Source of the DNA: Acidobacteriota bacterium
GTDB lineage: Bacteria; Acidobacteriota; Thermoanaerobaculia; Multivoradales; JAGPDF01
Assembly (NCBI GenBank): GCA_050258075.1
Contig: JBLMYC010000023.1
Span: 1-40,250, forward strand
DNA: 40,250 nt
Direction of reading: 5' to 3'
Made by a program: the position numbers and the translations under genes. Within the stretch, counting starts at the first letter, position 1. Every line of letters starts with the position of its first letter. This document shows positions 1 to 9,228 of this stretch, piece by piece. The notes under the pieces are model-generated. The model saw only the letters and a program-made list of their open reading frames with translations. It was not told where the DNA came from and searched no databases.

Positions 1-630
1 GGCGGCGATCGTGAAGTGCACGCGGCAGAACGAGCCCGCGTCGGTGGCGTAGGCGGCCGCCTCGAGGATCTGCTCCTCGAACGGTGTGCGCGGGCCGGCG
101 TCGCCGCGGTGGAACGCCACCAGGGCCTTCGGCAGGTCGCCGTAGCCGAGGCCGTCGGCGGCGAGCAGAGCGGCCAGGCAGTCGTTGACGTCCTCCGGGT
201 CGCCGCCGCGTCGGCGGAGCGCCGCCAGGAGATCGTCGTGAAAGGGGAACTCGTGGCGGTGGCGCCAGAATCGCGTGGCGTCGGCGGAGGCCGCGTCGCC
301 GGCGCCGGCGCGGCGTTCGAGGTCGGCAAGGGTGCTGGGCTCGCTGGTCGCCGCCAGCAACGACTCGAACATCCGCGAGGCGGCGCCGGAAGCGGGGACG
401 AACACCCGGAACCGACCGGAGCGCGCCGCCTGGTCCGCCTCGGCAACGAGGCCGGCGGCTTCGCCGGCTTCGATGCGGACGATGCCGTCGCCGACGCGGC
501 ACGGGCGCAGCAGGCGCAGCCGCGGCGGCGGCGCGGCGAACAGCCTCAGTTGGCGTTCCACCTCGGCGAGCTCGAGGCCGTGGGCGGCGACCTGCTCGCG
601 GTCGCGCTCGGTGAGCGCCGGCGGGTTCAC
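1..630 (-). CDS. DUF4301 family protein (5' part; runs off the window edge)
   Basis: Not in the ORF track; translated by hand from GTG 630, which overlaps the rmlC TGA (GTGA). Reads MNPPALTERDREQVAAHG...RPCRVGDGI...FVPASGAASRMF...LPKALVAFH...RTPFEEQILE...VHFTI, motifs recognised as DUF4301. Confidence 0.8.
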   Translation of the reverse strand, partial: MNPPALTERDREQVAAHGLELAEVERQLRLFAAPPPRLRLLRPCRVGDGIVRIEAGEAAGLVAEADQAARSGRFRVFVPASGAASRMFESLLAATSEPSTLADLERRAGAGDAASADATRFWRHRHEFPFHDDLLAALRRRGGDPEDVNDCLAALLAADGLGYGDLPKALVAFHRGDAGPRTPFEEQILEAAAYATDAGSFCRVHFTIAA

Positions 631-1187
631 CCCTGGCCCTCGTAGCGCGGCAGCTGGTCGAGGATCTCGGCCAGGCGCGGCAGCCGGCGATCCTTGTCCG
701 ACAGCAGCGGCTCGCCGACCGGCCAGGGGATCGCGAGCTCGGGATCGCTCCACAGGACGCCGATCTCGTCGCTCGGGTCGTAGAAGTCGGTGACCTTGTA
801 CTCGATCTGCGCCGGGCTCTGCAGCACGCAGAAACCGTGCAGGAAGCCCGGCGGCACCCAGATCTGGCGGAAGTTGGCGGCCGAGAGGACGACGCTCACC
901 CAGCGCGCGAATCTCGGCGATCCCCGCCGCACGTCGACCGCCACGTCCCAGATCTCGCCCTCGATGACGCGCACCAGCTTGCCCTGCGGCTTGCGGCGCT
1001 GGGCGTGCAGGCCGCGCAGGACCGGTCCCTCGGAGCGCGAGTGGTTGTCCTGGACGAAGCTGGCTGCGATGCCCAGCGCCCGATAGCGCTCGGCGTGGTA
1101 GCTCTCGAGGAAGAAGCCGCGCGGATCGCCGAACACCTTGGGCTCGACGACCAGGACCTCCGGCAGATCGGTCGGCAGGACGCGCAT
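627..1187 (-). CDS. rmlC: dTDP-4-dehydrorhamnose 3,5-epimerase
   Basis: FGDPRGFF, QDNHSRS, LRGLH, QGKLVRV, DVAVDVRRGSP and PPGFLHGF motifs; start placed at ATG 1187 (MRVLPT). Confidence 0.95.
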   Translation of the reverse strand: MRVLPTDLPEVLVVEPKVFGDPRGFFLESYHAERYRALGIAASFVQDNHSRSEGPVLRGLHAQRRKPQGKLVRVIEGEIWDVAVDVRRGSPRFARWVSVVLSAANFRQIWVPPGFLHGFCVLQSPAQIEYKVTDFYDPSDEIGVLWSDPELAIPWPVGEPLLSDKDRRLPRLAEILDQLPRYEGQG

Positions 1188-1194
1188 CGCGGCT

Positions 1195-2298
1195 TCAGAC
1201 GGTGGGCTCGGCGACAAGCCCGAGCCGGCCGAGCCGTTCGCGGCGGTAGCTGCCGCTCTGCACGCTGGCGCACCAGTCGAGGTGGTCCAGGTACCAGCGC
1301 ACGGTGCGGCGCAGGCCGGCCTCGAAGTCGTGCGCGGCGCGCCAGCCGAGCTCGCTAGCCGCCTTGCTGGCGTCGATCGCGTAGCGGCGATCGTGGCCCG
1401 GCCGGTCGGCGACGAAGCTCACGAGATCGCGGTAGGAGCGCCGACCGGCGGCGGCGAGCGCCGGGTTGGCGGCGGCGGGACGCTCTTCCTCGAGCAGCGC
1501 GCAGATGCGCTCCACGATCTCGAGGTTGGTGCGCTCATTGCCGCCGCCGAGGTTGTACTTCTCGCCCGGACGGCCGTGCGCGAGCGCCAGCAGGACGCCG
1601 GCGCAGTGGTCCTCGACGAAGATCCAGTCGCGCACGTTGCGGCCGTCGCCGTAGATCGGCAGCGCCTTGCCCTCGAGGGCGTTGAGGATCATCAGCGGGA
1701 TCAGCTTCTCGGGGAACTGATACGGCCCGTAGTTGTTCGAGCAGTTGGTGACCAACGCCGGCAGCCCGTACGTGTGGTGATAGGCGCGCACCAGGTGGTC
1801 GGCGGATGCCTTCGAGGCCGCATACGGCGAGTTCGGGGCGTACGCGGTGTCCTCGCGGAACAGGCCGGTCGGGCCCAGCGATCCATAGACCTCATCGGTC
1901 GAGACGTGCAGGAAGCGGAAGTGCTCGCGCTCGCCCTCGGGCAGGCCGGCGCAGTGCAGGCGGGCCGCCTCGAGCAGCTCGAACGTGCCGACGATGTTGG
2001 TGCGCACGAACTCGCCCGGGCTGTCGATCGAGCGGTCGACGTGGCTCTCGGCGGCGAAGTTCAGGATCGCCGTCGGCCGGTGCGTGGCGAGGGCCTGGCG
2101 TACGGCTGTGCGGTCGGCAATGTCGGCGTGGACGAAGACGAAGCGCGGGTCGCCGGCGAGCTCGCGCAGGTTGAGCAGATTGCCCGCGTACGTGAGCTTG
2201 TCGTAGACGACGATGCGCGCCGCCGTCCTGGCGAGCGCCAAGCGCACAAAATTGGCGCCGATGAAGCCGGCGCCGCCGGTGACGAGCAGGGTTTCCAT
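1195..2298 (-). CDS. rmlB: dTDP-glucose 4,6-dehydratase
   Basis: VTGGAGFIG, DKLTYAGN, FAAESHVDRSI, STDEVYG, PYAASKA and DRPGHDRRYA motifs. Confidence 0.97.
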   Translation of the reverse strand: METLLVTGGAGFIGANFVRLALARTAARIVVYDKLTYAGNLLNLRELAGDPRFVFVHADIADRTAVRQALATHRPTAILNFAAESHVDRSIDSPGEFVRTNIVGTFELLEAARLHCAGLPEGEREHFRFLHVSTDEVYGSLGPTGLFREDTAYAPNSPYAASKASADHLVRAYHHTYGLPALVTNCSNNYGPYQFPEKLIPLMILNALEGKALPIYGDGRNVRDWIFVEDHCAGVLLALAHGRPGEKYNLGGGNERTNLEIVERICALLEEERPAAANPALAAAGRRSYRDLVSFVADRPGHDRRYAIDASKAASELGWRAAHDFEAGLRRTVRWYLDHLDWCASVQSGSYRRERLGRLGLVAEPTV

Positions 2299-2445
2299 GG
2301 TGGGCGCCGCCCGCCGGGCGGTGCAGCGAGTATATCCGAGGGGCGCGCCTCTCCCCTCCTGTGCCGGCGCGGTTCTGCCGTAAGATCGCGCCGCCGCGGC
2401 CGGCGCCGGACGTCACGCCGCGCTGCGGAAAGGGGACAGCGAGCC

Positions 2446-3252
2446 ATGAGCTGGGTGCAGGCGATCGTTCTCGGTGTGGTGCAGGGGCTCACGGAGTTCC
2501 TGCCGGTCAGCTCGTCGGCGCACCTGATCCTCGCGCCGCGGCTGCTGGGGTGGCCGGACCAGGGGCTCGACGCCGACCTTGCGGCTCATCTCGGGACCTT
2601 CCTGGCGGTCGCGGTGTACTTCCGCCGGGACCTGGTCGAGATCGTCTCGGGCGGCCTCGACGCGCTGCGTGGTGATCGCCCGCGCGGGCGGCTGGCGTGG
2701 ATCCTGATCGTCGGCACCGTTCCCCTCGCGATCGGCGGCCTGCTCCTCGCGCACTGGGCGGAGACCGCGGCGCGCGACCCGCGCATCATCATCGGCAGCT
2801 CGATCGGCTTCGGCCTGCTGCTGGCGGTGGCCGACCTCTGGGGAAGGCGTCAGCGCGAGTTGCACGGCGTCACGACCGCGGACGGCCTGTGGGTGGGCGC
2901 AGCGCAGGTCCTGGCTGCCATACCGGGCACGTCGCGCTCCGGCATCACTATTACCGCCGGTCTCTTCCGCGGGTTGGATCGCGCCTCGGCGGCGCGGTTC
3001 TCGTTCCTGCTCGCCGTGCCGGCGATGCTGCTGGTCGCCGCCAAGCACGTGCTCGACGTGGCGCTCGGCAAGGTGCCGCTCGGTGCGCTGGGCCCGCAGG
3101 CGCTGCTGTTCGCGGTTTCCGCGGTGGTCGGCTTCCTGGTGATCGCGTGGCTACTGCGCTATCTCCAGCGCGGCAGCTTGATGGGTTTCGTCATCTACCG
3201 GATCGTGCTGGGGCTCGTCGTACTGGCGCTGTGGTGGCGCGGCGGCCTCTGA
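2446..3252 (+). CDS. uppP: Undecaprenyl-diphosphate phosphatase
   Basis: QGLTEFLPVSSSAH and PGTSRSGIT motifs; multi-TM protein; start ATG 2446 (MSWVQA). Confidence 0.95.
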   Translation: MSWVQAIVLGVVQGLTEFLPVSSSAHLILAPRLLGWPDQGLDADLAAHLGTFLAVAVYFRRDLVEIVSGGLDALRGDRPRGRLAWILIVGTVPLAIGGLLLAHWAETAARDPRIIIGSSIGFGLLLAVADLWGRRQRELHGVTTADGLWVGAAQVLAAIPGTSRSGITITAGLFRGLDRASAARFSFLLAVPAMLLVAAKHVLDVALGKVPLGALGPQALLFAVSAVVGFLVIAWLLRYLQRGSLMGFVIYRIVLGLVVLALWWRGGL

Positions 3253-3292
3253 GGCGACGTGGATCCGCGAAACGTTGCGTCGCTCAGGCATA

Positions 3293-3321
3293 TTGACATT
3301 TCTCTACATAAGGGCTATCTT
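3293..3321 (+). promoter_or_regulatory. sigma70-type promoter
   Basis: TTGACA (3293-3298), 17-bp spacer, TATCTT (3316-3321), in a locally AT-rich patch. Confidence 0.75.
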
Positions 3322-3327
3322 GCGGCT

Positions 3328-3393
3328 GCGGGGAGGATCCAACCTCCTCTCATCCCTCCCACAGAGGGGCCCCAAGTGCCCCTCTCTTTTTTT
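3328..3393 (+). ncRNA. Candidate ~65-nt small RNA (two hairpins)
   Basis: Lies between the promoter above and an intrinsic terminator. Hairpin 1 is GGGAGG(AU)/(AU)CCCUCCC with a C-rich loop containing ACCUCCU. No credible ORF. Confidence 0.6.
3363..3393 (+). terminator. Rho-independent terminator
   Basis: AGAGGGGC (3363-3370) / GCCCCTCT (3378-3385) stem, 7-nt loop, T7 tract at 3387-3393. Confidence 0.85.
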
Positions 3394-3404
3394 GCCCGGG
3401 CGCC

Positions 3405-3962
3405 CTACTGGCCGAGCACTGCGTTCTTGAAATCAGTCCCCGGCGCAGGATCGGGGCCGATCCAGGTGGCGAGCGTCGCGTCGGCGACGTCCTTGCCGGC
3501 CAGAGTTCCTTTGGCCTTGCCGTTGACCTCGACCAGCGTGCCCTGACCGGGGACGTAGGTGAGGACCAGCTCGTTGCCCTTCGGGATCTCCTCCATGTAG
3601 GAGCAGAGGGTCTTGAAGGCTGCCTTGACGTCCGCCGACGGGTTCGGTGTGTTCTGCTCCAGGCCCTCGTCCCAGGCGTCGCACATCTGGCTGGCGCTCA
3701 CGCCGTAGAGGAAGTGCATGACCATGCGGCGCGGCGAGTCCGCAGCGAGGACCTTCGCCGCGTCGTGCTCCTTGGCGGTGAGGTAGAGACCACCGACGTA
3801 GATCTTGATGAACAGCTTCTTGCGCAGGCCAAGCCCGTTGAGGACCAGGTCCTTGTCCCCCGCCTTGGCGGTGTCGGGCAGCATGACGCCGGCCAGCTCG
3901 CCGGCGAGGACCGGCGCGGCCAGGGTGGAGACGAGTGCGAAGGCGAGCAGCGTGCGACGCAT
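3405..3962 (-). CDS. Chalcone isomerase-like secreted protein
   Basis: Signal peptide; LVLNGLGLRKKLFIKIYVGGLYL and WIGPDP motifs; GGAGG RBS upstream. Confidence 0.85.
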   Translation of the reverse strand: MRRTLLAFALVSTLAAPVLAGELAGVMLPDTAKAGDKDLVLNGLGLRKKLFIKIYVGGLYLTAKEHDAAKVLAADSPRRMVMHFLYGVSASQMCDAWDEGLEQNTPNPSADVKAAFKTLCSYMEEIPKGNELVLTYVPGQGTLVEVNGKAKGTLAGKDVADATLATWIGPDPAPGTDFKNAVLGQ

Positions 3963-4000
3963 CGAGAACCTCCTTGCGAGAGTCGGGACTTCGGTGCAAG

Positions 4001-4028
4001 TCTAACTTTCGGGGAACCCGGGCGTAAA
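4001..4028 (+). promoter_or_regulatory. Putative ECF-sigma promoter upstream of the sigma gene
   Basis: TCTAAC (4001-4006), 16-bp spacer, CGTAAA (4023-4028); ATG 4036 follows 7 nt later. Confidence 0.45.
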
Positions 4029-4035
4029 CCGATCC

Positions 4036-4611
4036 ATGGCCCTGTCCGACGCCGATCTGGTCGAGCGCGCGCTGGCGGGACGCGAGGACGCGTACGAGGA
4101 GCTCGTCGTGCGCTACCAGCGGCCCCTGCTGAGCCTGCTCGGGCGCTGGCTGGGGGACAGGGCGCTGGCCGAGGACCTGGCCCAGGAGGTGTTTCTCAAG
4201 GCCTTCCGGGCCCTCGCGACGTATGCCCCGGAGCGCAAGTTTTCGAGCTGGCTGTTCAAGATCGCGCACAACGCCGCGATCGACCAGCTGCGCCGCCGCG
4301 GCATCGCGACCGAGCCGCTGGAGGCGGGGGAGGAGGGCGCTCCCGATCGGCTGGCGACCCTGGGCGACGATCGAGCGGAGAGCCCGGCGGCGCGACCGGA
4401 GCGTCGTGAGCTTGCCGCCGCCCTGGAGACGGCGATCGGCGGCCTGCGTCGCGAATACCGCGAGGTGGTGCTACTGCGTTTCCGGGAGGAGCTGTCATAC
4501 GAAGAGGTGGCCGAGGTGACGGGTTTGCCGCTCGGCACGGTGAAGACGTTCCTGCACCGGGCGCGCAGGGAGCTTGCGGAGGCCCTTGCCGGAATGGGGT
4601 GGAAGGCATGA
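4036..4611 (+). CDS. ECF RNA polymerase sigma factor (SigW-like)
   Basis: Region 2 AEDLAQEVFLKAF...FSSWLFKIAHN and region 4 LSYEEVAEVTGLPLGTVKTFLHRAR. Confidence 0.93.
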   Translation: MALSDADLVERALAGREDAYEELVVRYQRPLLSLLGRWLGDRALAEDLAQEVFLKAFRALATYAPERKFSSWLFKIAHNAAIDQLRRRGIATEPLEAGEEGAPDRLATLGDDRAESPAARPERRELAAALETAIGGLRREYREVVLLRFREELSYEEVAEVTGLPLGTVKTFLHRARRELAEALAGMGWKA

Positions 4612-4635
4612 AACTCGGGAGGCTCAGCGGCCGTA
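4609..4635 (+). promoter_or_regulatory. Putative ECF (SigW-type) promoter overlapping the sigma stop codon
   Basis: TGAAAC (4609-4614), 17-bp spacer, CGTA (4632-4635); 22 nt upstream of ATG 4658. Confidence 0.55.
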
Positions 4636-4657
4636 GGGCCTTGTCGAGGGGGTTGGC

Positions 4658-5191
4658 ATGAAGGATCGACACCAGGACCTGGAGGAGTGGCTGGCGGCCG
4701 AGGCTGCCGAGCCCGGCTCCGACAACCCCGCGGCCGAGGAGGCCCTGGGGGTCCTGTTGCGTCGCCGGCTGCCGGACCTCCAGCCGCGGCGGGGCTTCGC
4801 CGCGCGAGTGCTGCGCCGGGCCGGCCTGCGCCAGCGCGACCCGTTCGCCTGGCCGGCGGTGCGGGTGGCGATCGCCGCCAGTCTGGCGCTGGCTGGATGC
4901 GCCTGGCTGCTGATGCCACCGGTCGTCTGGCAGCTCGCGTCGCGGGTCGGCCTGGCCGAGGTGCTCGGGGCGGTCACCCGCCTGCTCGCCGCCGGCGGTG
5001 AAACGGTTGCCCGGGCCGGCGTGCTGTGGCGTCCGATGACCGATCTCGCCGCCGCCCTGGTCAAGATTCTCGGTCAGCCGGCGGTGGCGCTGGCCGTTGT
5101 CGTCGCTTCGACGCTCGCCGCCCTGGCGCTGCGAGCTTTGCATGGCCTGATTTCCCTCGAGAGGAGGGTGTCGTATGTACGCTTCCATTGA
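4658..5191 (+). CDS. Putative membrane anti-sigma factor-like protein
   Basis: Directly downstream of the ECF sigma; short soluble N-terminus, a PxxGFAARVL linker and two hydrophobic segments; no HxxxCxxC motif. Confidence 0.6.
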   Translation: MKDRHQDLEEWLAAEAAEPGSDNPAAEEALGVLLRRRLPDLQPRRGFAARVLRRAGLRQRDPFAWPAVRVAIAASLALAGCAWLLMPPVVWQLASRVGLAEVLGAVTRLLAAGGETVARAGVLWRPMTDLAAALVKILGQPAVALAVVVASTLAALALRALHGLISLERRVSYVRFH

Positions 5192-6752
5192 CTCGAATCG
5201 CTGCCGGGCTCTCTGCGCGCGCGCCGCGCTCGTGGCGCTGGCCGTGCTGGCCGTCGGCGCTTTGACCTTGCCGGCCGCTGCTGCTCCGGCCGCGCCCCTG
5301 TCGACCGCCAGCGCCGCGCAGCTGGGCCGCGCGGTCGCCGATCGCTTCGACGTGCTGCAGCTGCGCTCCGGGCCGGTTCTGCGGCCGCGCGGCGCCGCCA
5401 GCTATCACGCGGTGGAGTTTGCCGAGGGCAAGGTTGCGGTCGACGGCGAGACGCTGACCGGTGACGTGCTGCGCCGCCGGCTGGGAGATGACTACGAGCT
5501 GATCACCCATCTCGCGAGCCTGGATGCCGCGAGTCGTGCCGAAGTCCTGCGGGCGGGTGGCGAAGGGCCCGCCGCGGGAGAGCAGGCCGAAGCGTCCGAG
5601 GCGCCTGAGCCGGCGGAGCGGACTGGGCGGTCACCTGGCTCGCGTGGGAACACCGAGGCCAAGGTCTCGGTCGGCAGCAGCACGACGGTCGAGGCCGGCG
5701 AGGTGGCGCACGACGTGGTGGTGATTGGCGGCTCGGTCGACGTCGAAGGTGAGGTGCTGGGCGACGCGGTCGCGGTGGGCGGCAGCGTGGAGGTCAGCGG
5801 CCGAGTGACCGGCAACGTCGTGGCGGTCGGCGGTGGCGTGACGCTCGGCCCGCACGCCGAGGTGCTGGGCGACGTCTCCAGCATCGGCGGACGGGTGGAC
5901 CGCGATCCCGGTGCCAAGGTGGTGGGGCAGGTCTCCGAGGTCGCCCTGGGTCCGCTGCTGCGGCTGGGTGCCCTGCGCCACGGGCGCTGGCAGTGGCACG
6001 CCAGGGAGGTTGAGAGCGATTTCGCGTTCGCCGGCGTGGCTCGATTCCTGCGCAGCGTCCTCACCTTCGGTGTCCTGGTGCTGCTCGCCTGCCTGGTGGT
6101 GCTGCTGGCTCGGACGCCGCTCGAGCGGGTCAGCGAGAAGGTGGGGAACGATCCCTGGCGGGCCGGACTCACCGGCTTGGCGGCGCAGGTCCTCTTCCTG
6201 CCGCTCGCCTTCCTGATCGGGCTGGTGCTCGTCGTCTCGATCATCGGCATTCCGCTCCTGATCGTGGCGATCTTCGTCGTGCCGGTCGTCCTGGCGGTGA
6301 TCGGCTTCCTCGGCTACGCCGCGGTCGCGAACCGCCTCGGCCGCTGGTCGGAGGCCCGGTTCGGCTGGAGGCTCGGCAGCCCCTATGTGGTCGCACTGGT
6401 GGGCGTCGCGATGATCCAGATCTGGACGGTGGCGGCGCGGATGCTCGACTGGGGATTCTTCCCGATGGGCGTGATCGCCTTCTTCGGGCTGTTCTTCGGT
6501 TTCTTGGCTCAGTACGCGGCCTGGACCGTGGGGTTCGGCGCGGTGCTCCTCACCCGCTTCGGCACTCAGGATCAATGGCGCCGGCCGGTGGGCGTCGCCG
6601 CCCCGGCTGCAGGGTCGGCGATGGTGCCGACGGCACAGTCGGCGGACACGGTCGCGGCCGAGGTGGTCGCGCCTCCGGCCCCGTCAACTCCTGCGCCGTC
6701 CTCGAGCCCGGAGCCCGGCGTGTCCGAGGAAAAGCCGGAGCCGCCCGCCTGA
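5175..6752 (+). CDS. Membrane protein with bactofilin-like (polymer-forming) beta-helical repeats
   Basis: N-terminal signal/TM, repeated (V/A)xxGGxVxVxGxVxGD units, ~5-6 C-terminal TM helices, Pro-rich tail; GGAGGG RBS. Confidence 0.75.
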   Translation: MYASIDSNRCRALCARAALVALAVLAVGALTLPAAAAPAAPLSTASAAQLGRAVADRFDVLQLRSGPVLRPRGAASYHAVEFAEGKVAVDGETLTGDVLRRRLGDDYELITHLASLDAASRAEVLRAGGEGPAAGEQAEASEAPEPAERTGRSPGSRGNTEAKVSVGSSTTVEAGEVAHDVVVIGGSVDVEGEVLGDAVAVGGSVEVSGRVTGNVVAVGGGVTLGPHAEVLGDVSSIGGRVDRDPGAKVVGQVSEVALGPLLRLGALRHGRWQWHAREVESDFAFAGVARFLRSVLTFGVLVLLACLVVLLARTPLERVSEKVGNDPWRAGLTGLAAQVLFLPLAFLIGLVLVVSIIGIPLLIVAIFVVPVVLAVIGFLGYAAVANRLGRWSEARFGWRLGSPYVVALVGVAMIQIWTVAARMLDWGFFPMGVIAFFGLFFGFLAQYAAWTVGFGAVLLTRFGTQDQWRRPVGVAAPAAGSAMVPTAQSADTVAAEVVAPPAPSTPAPSSSPEPGVSEEKPEPPA

Positions 6753-6778
6753 TTCCCTTTGCCGTTCCGGGTCGGGAA

Positions 6779-6803
6779 AAGGGCCGGGTGTTCCCCGGCC
6801 CTT
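6779..6803 (+). terminator. Stem-loop after the ECF module
   Basis: AAGGGCCGGG / CCCGGCCCTT 10-bp stem with a 5-nt loop; weak U tail. Confidence 0.45.
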
Positions 6804-6864
6804 GGTGTTGAGGCCGGAAGATTCCCGTTGCGGGCCGGGCGGCATGTGCCAGAATGGCGCCATC

Positions 6865-8253
<1,389 letters not shown>

Positions 8254-8263
8254 AAGGGAGACG

Positions 8264-8479
8264 ATGGAAATTCCATCCGAAGTGCTGATCCACAACGAGC
8301 TGCTCGGCATGAAGGGCGCCCGCGGGCGCCTGCTGACCATCGCGCCCGAGGGCTACTACGAGCTGAACTGTCAGTTCGGGGACCGCATGCACCGGCTCCT
8401 GCTGCCCATCTCCGGCACGGTGATCATCAGCAGCAGCGCCGAGCAGAGCTTCGTCGGCGAGACGGAGGTCGAGCGCTAG
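8264..8479 (+). CDS. Small hypothetical protein (71 aa)
   Basis: GGGAG RBS, 10 nt after the regulator stop codon; GC3-rich codons typical of genuine genes here. Confidence 0.75.
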   Translation: MEIPSEVLIHNELLGMKGARGRLLTIAPEGYYELNCQFGDRMHRLLLPISGTVIISSSAEQSFVGETEVER

Positions 8480-8490
8480 GTGACGCGCTC

Positions 8491-9228
8491 TCAGCCGCGG
8501 CGTGCGGCGCAGATCGCGACGTAGCGCCGCACCGTCTCGGCCATCCCCAGCTCGAGGGCCTCGGCGGTGAGCGCGTGGCCGATCGACACCTCGAGCACCG
8601 CGGGGACGGCGTCGAGGAAGGCACCGAGATTGCCAAGGTTGAGGTCGTGCCCGGCGTTGACGCCGAGCCCGGCCTGCTGCGCCGCGTGCGCGGTGTCGCG
8701 GAAGCGGGGCAGGACCTGGTCGTGCTCGTGGTCGACGAAGGCGCGGGCGTAAGGCTCGGTGTAGAGCTCCACCCGGTCGGCGCCGACCGCGCGTGCCGCG
8801 ATGGCCTGATGCGGATCGGGATCGACGAACAGCGAGACCCGGATCCCGTGGCGGCGCAGCCGCTCGACCACCGGCCGCAGCAGATCGGCGTGCGCCACGC
8901 AGTCCCAGCCGTGGTCGCTGGTGCGCTGGTCGGGCGCGTCGGGGACCAGCGTGCACTGGTCGGGGCGGGTCTCCTCGACCAAGGCCAGGAGCTCCGCCGC
9001 CGGATAGCCCTCGACGTTGAGCTCGACCCCGAGCTCGCGGGTCAGGCGGCGCAGGGCGCGCACGTCCTCGGGCGTGGCGTGGCGGCGGTCGGGGCGCGGA
9101 TGCACGGTCAGGCCGGCCGCTCCAGCCGCGATCGCGATCCGCCCGAAGCGCAACGGATCGGGAAGGCCGAGGTCGCGCAGGTTGCGCAGCAGGGCGACCT
9201 TGTTGAGGTTGACGCTCAGCGCGGTCAC
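8491..9228 (-). CDS. pdxJ: Pyridoxine 5'-phosphate synthase
   Basis: LSVNLNKVALLRN, TVHPRPDRRH, ELYT, VNAGHDL and EVSIGHAL motifs. Confidence 0.95.
   Translation of the reverse strand: MTALSVNLNKVALLRNLRDLGLPDPLRFGRIAIAAGAAGLTVHPRPDRRHATPEDVRALRRLTRELGVELNVEGYPAAELLALVEETRPDQCTLVPDAPDQRTSDHGWDCVAHADLLRPVVERLRRHGIRVSLFVDPDPHQAIAARAVGADRVELYTEPYARAFVDHEHDQVLPRFRDTAHAAQQAGLGVNAGHDLNLGNLGAFLDAVPAVLEVSIGHALTAEALELGMAETVRRYVAICAARRG

Noticed and set aside
1138-2445. Long N-terminal extension of the + strand ORF containing uppP, and many other long antisense ORFs (e.g. 13172-14971, 22387-23904, 26923-28740, 35725-37413)
   Set aside because: Shadow frames of real high-GC genes, where stop codons are rare on the opposite strand; no recognisable motifs.
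3259-3546. 95-aa ORF spanning the candidate sRNA
   Set aside because: Crosses a terminator, overlaps a real gene antisense and has atypical composition.
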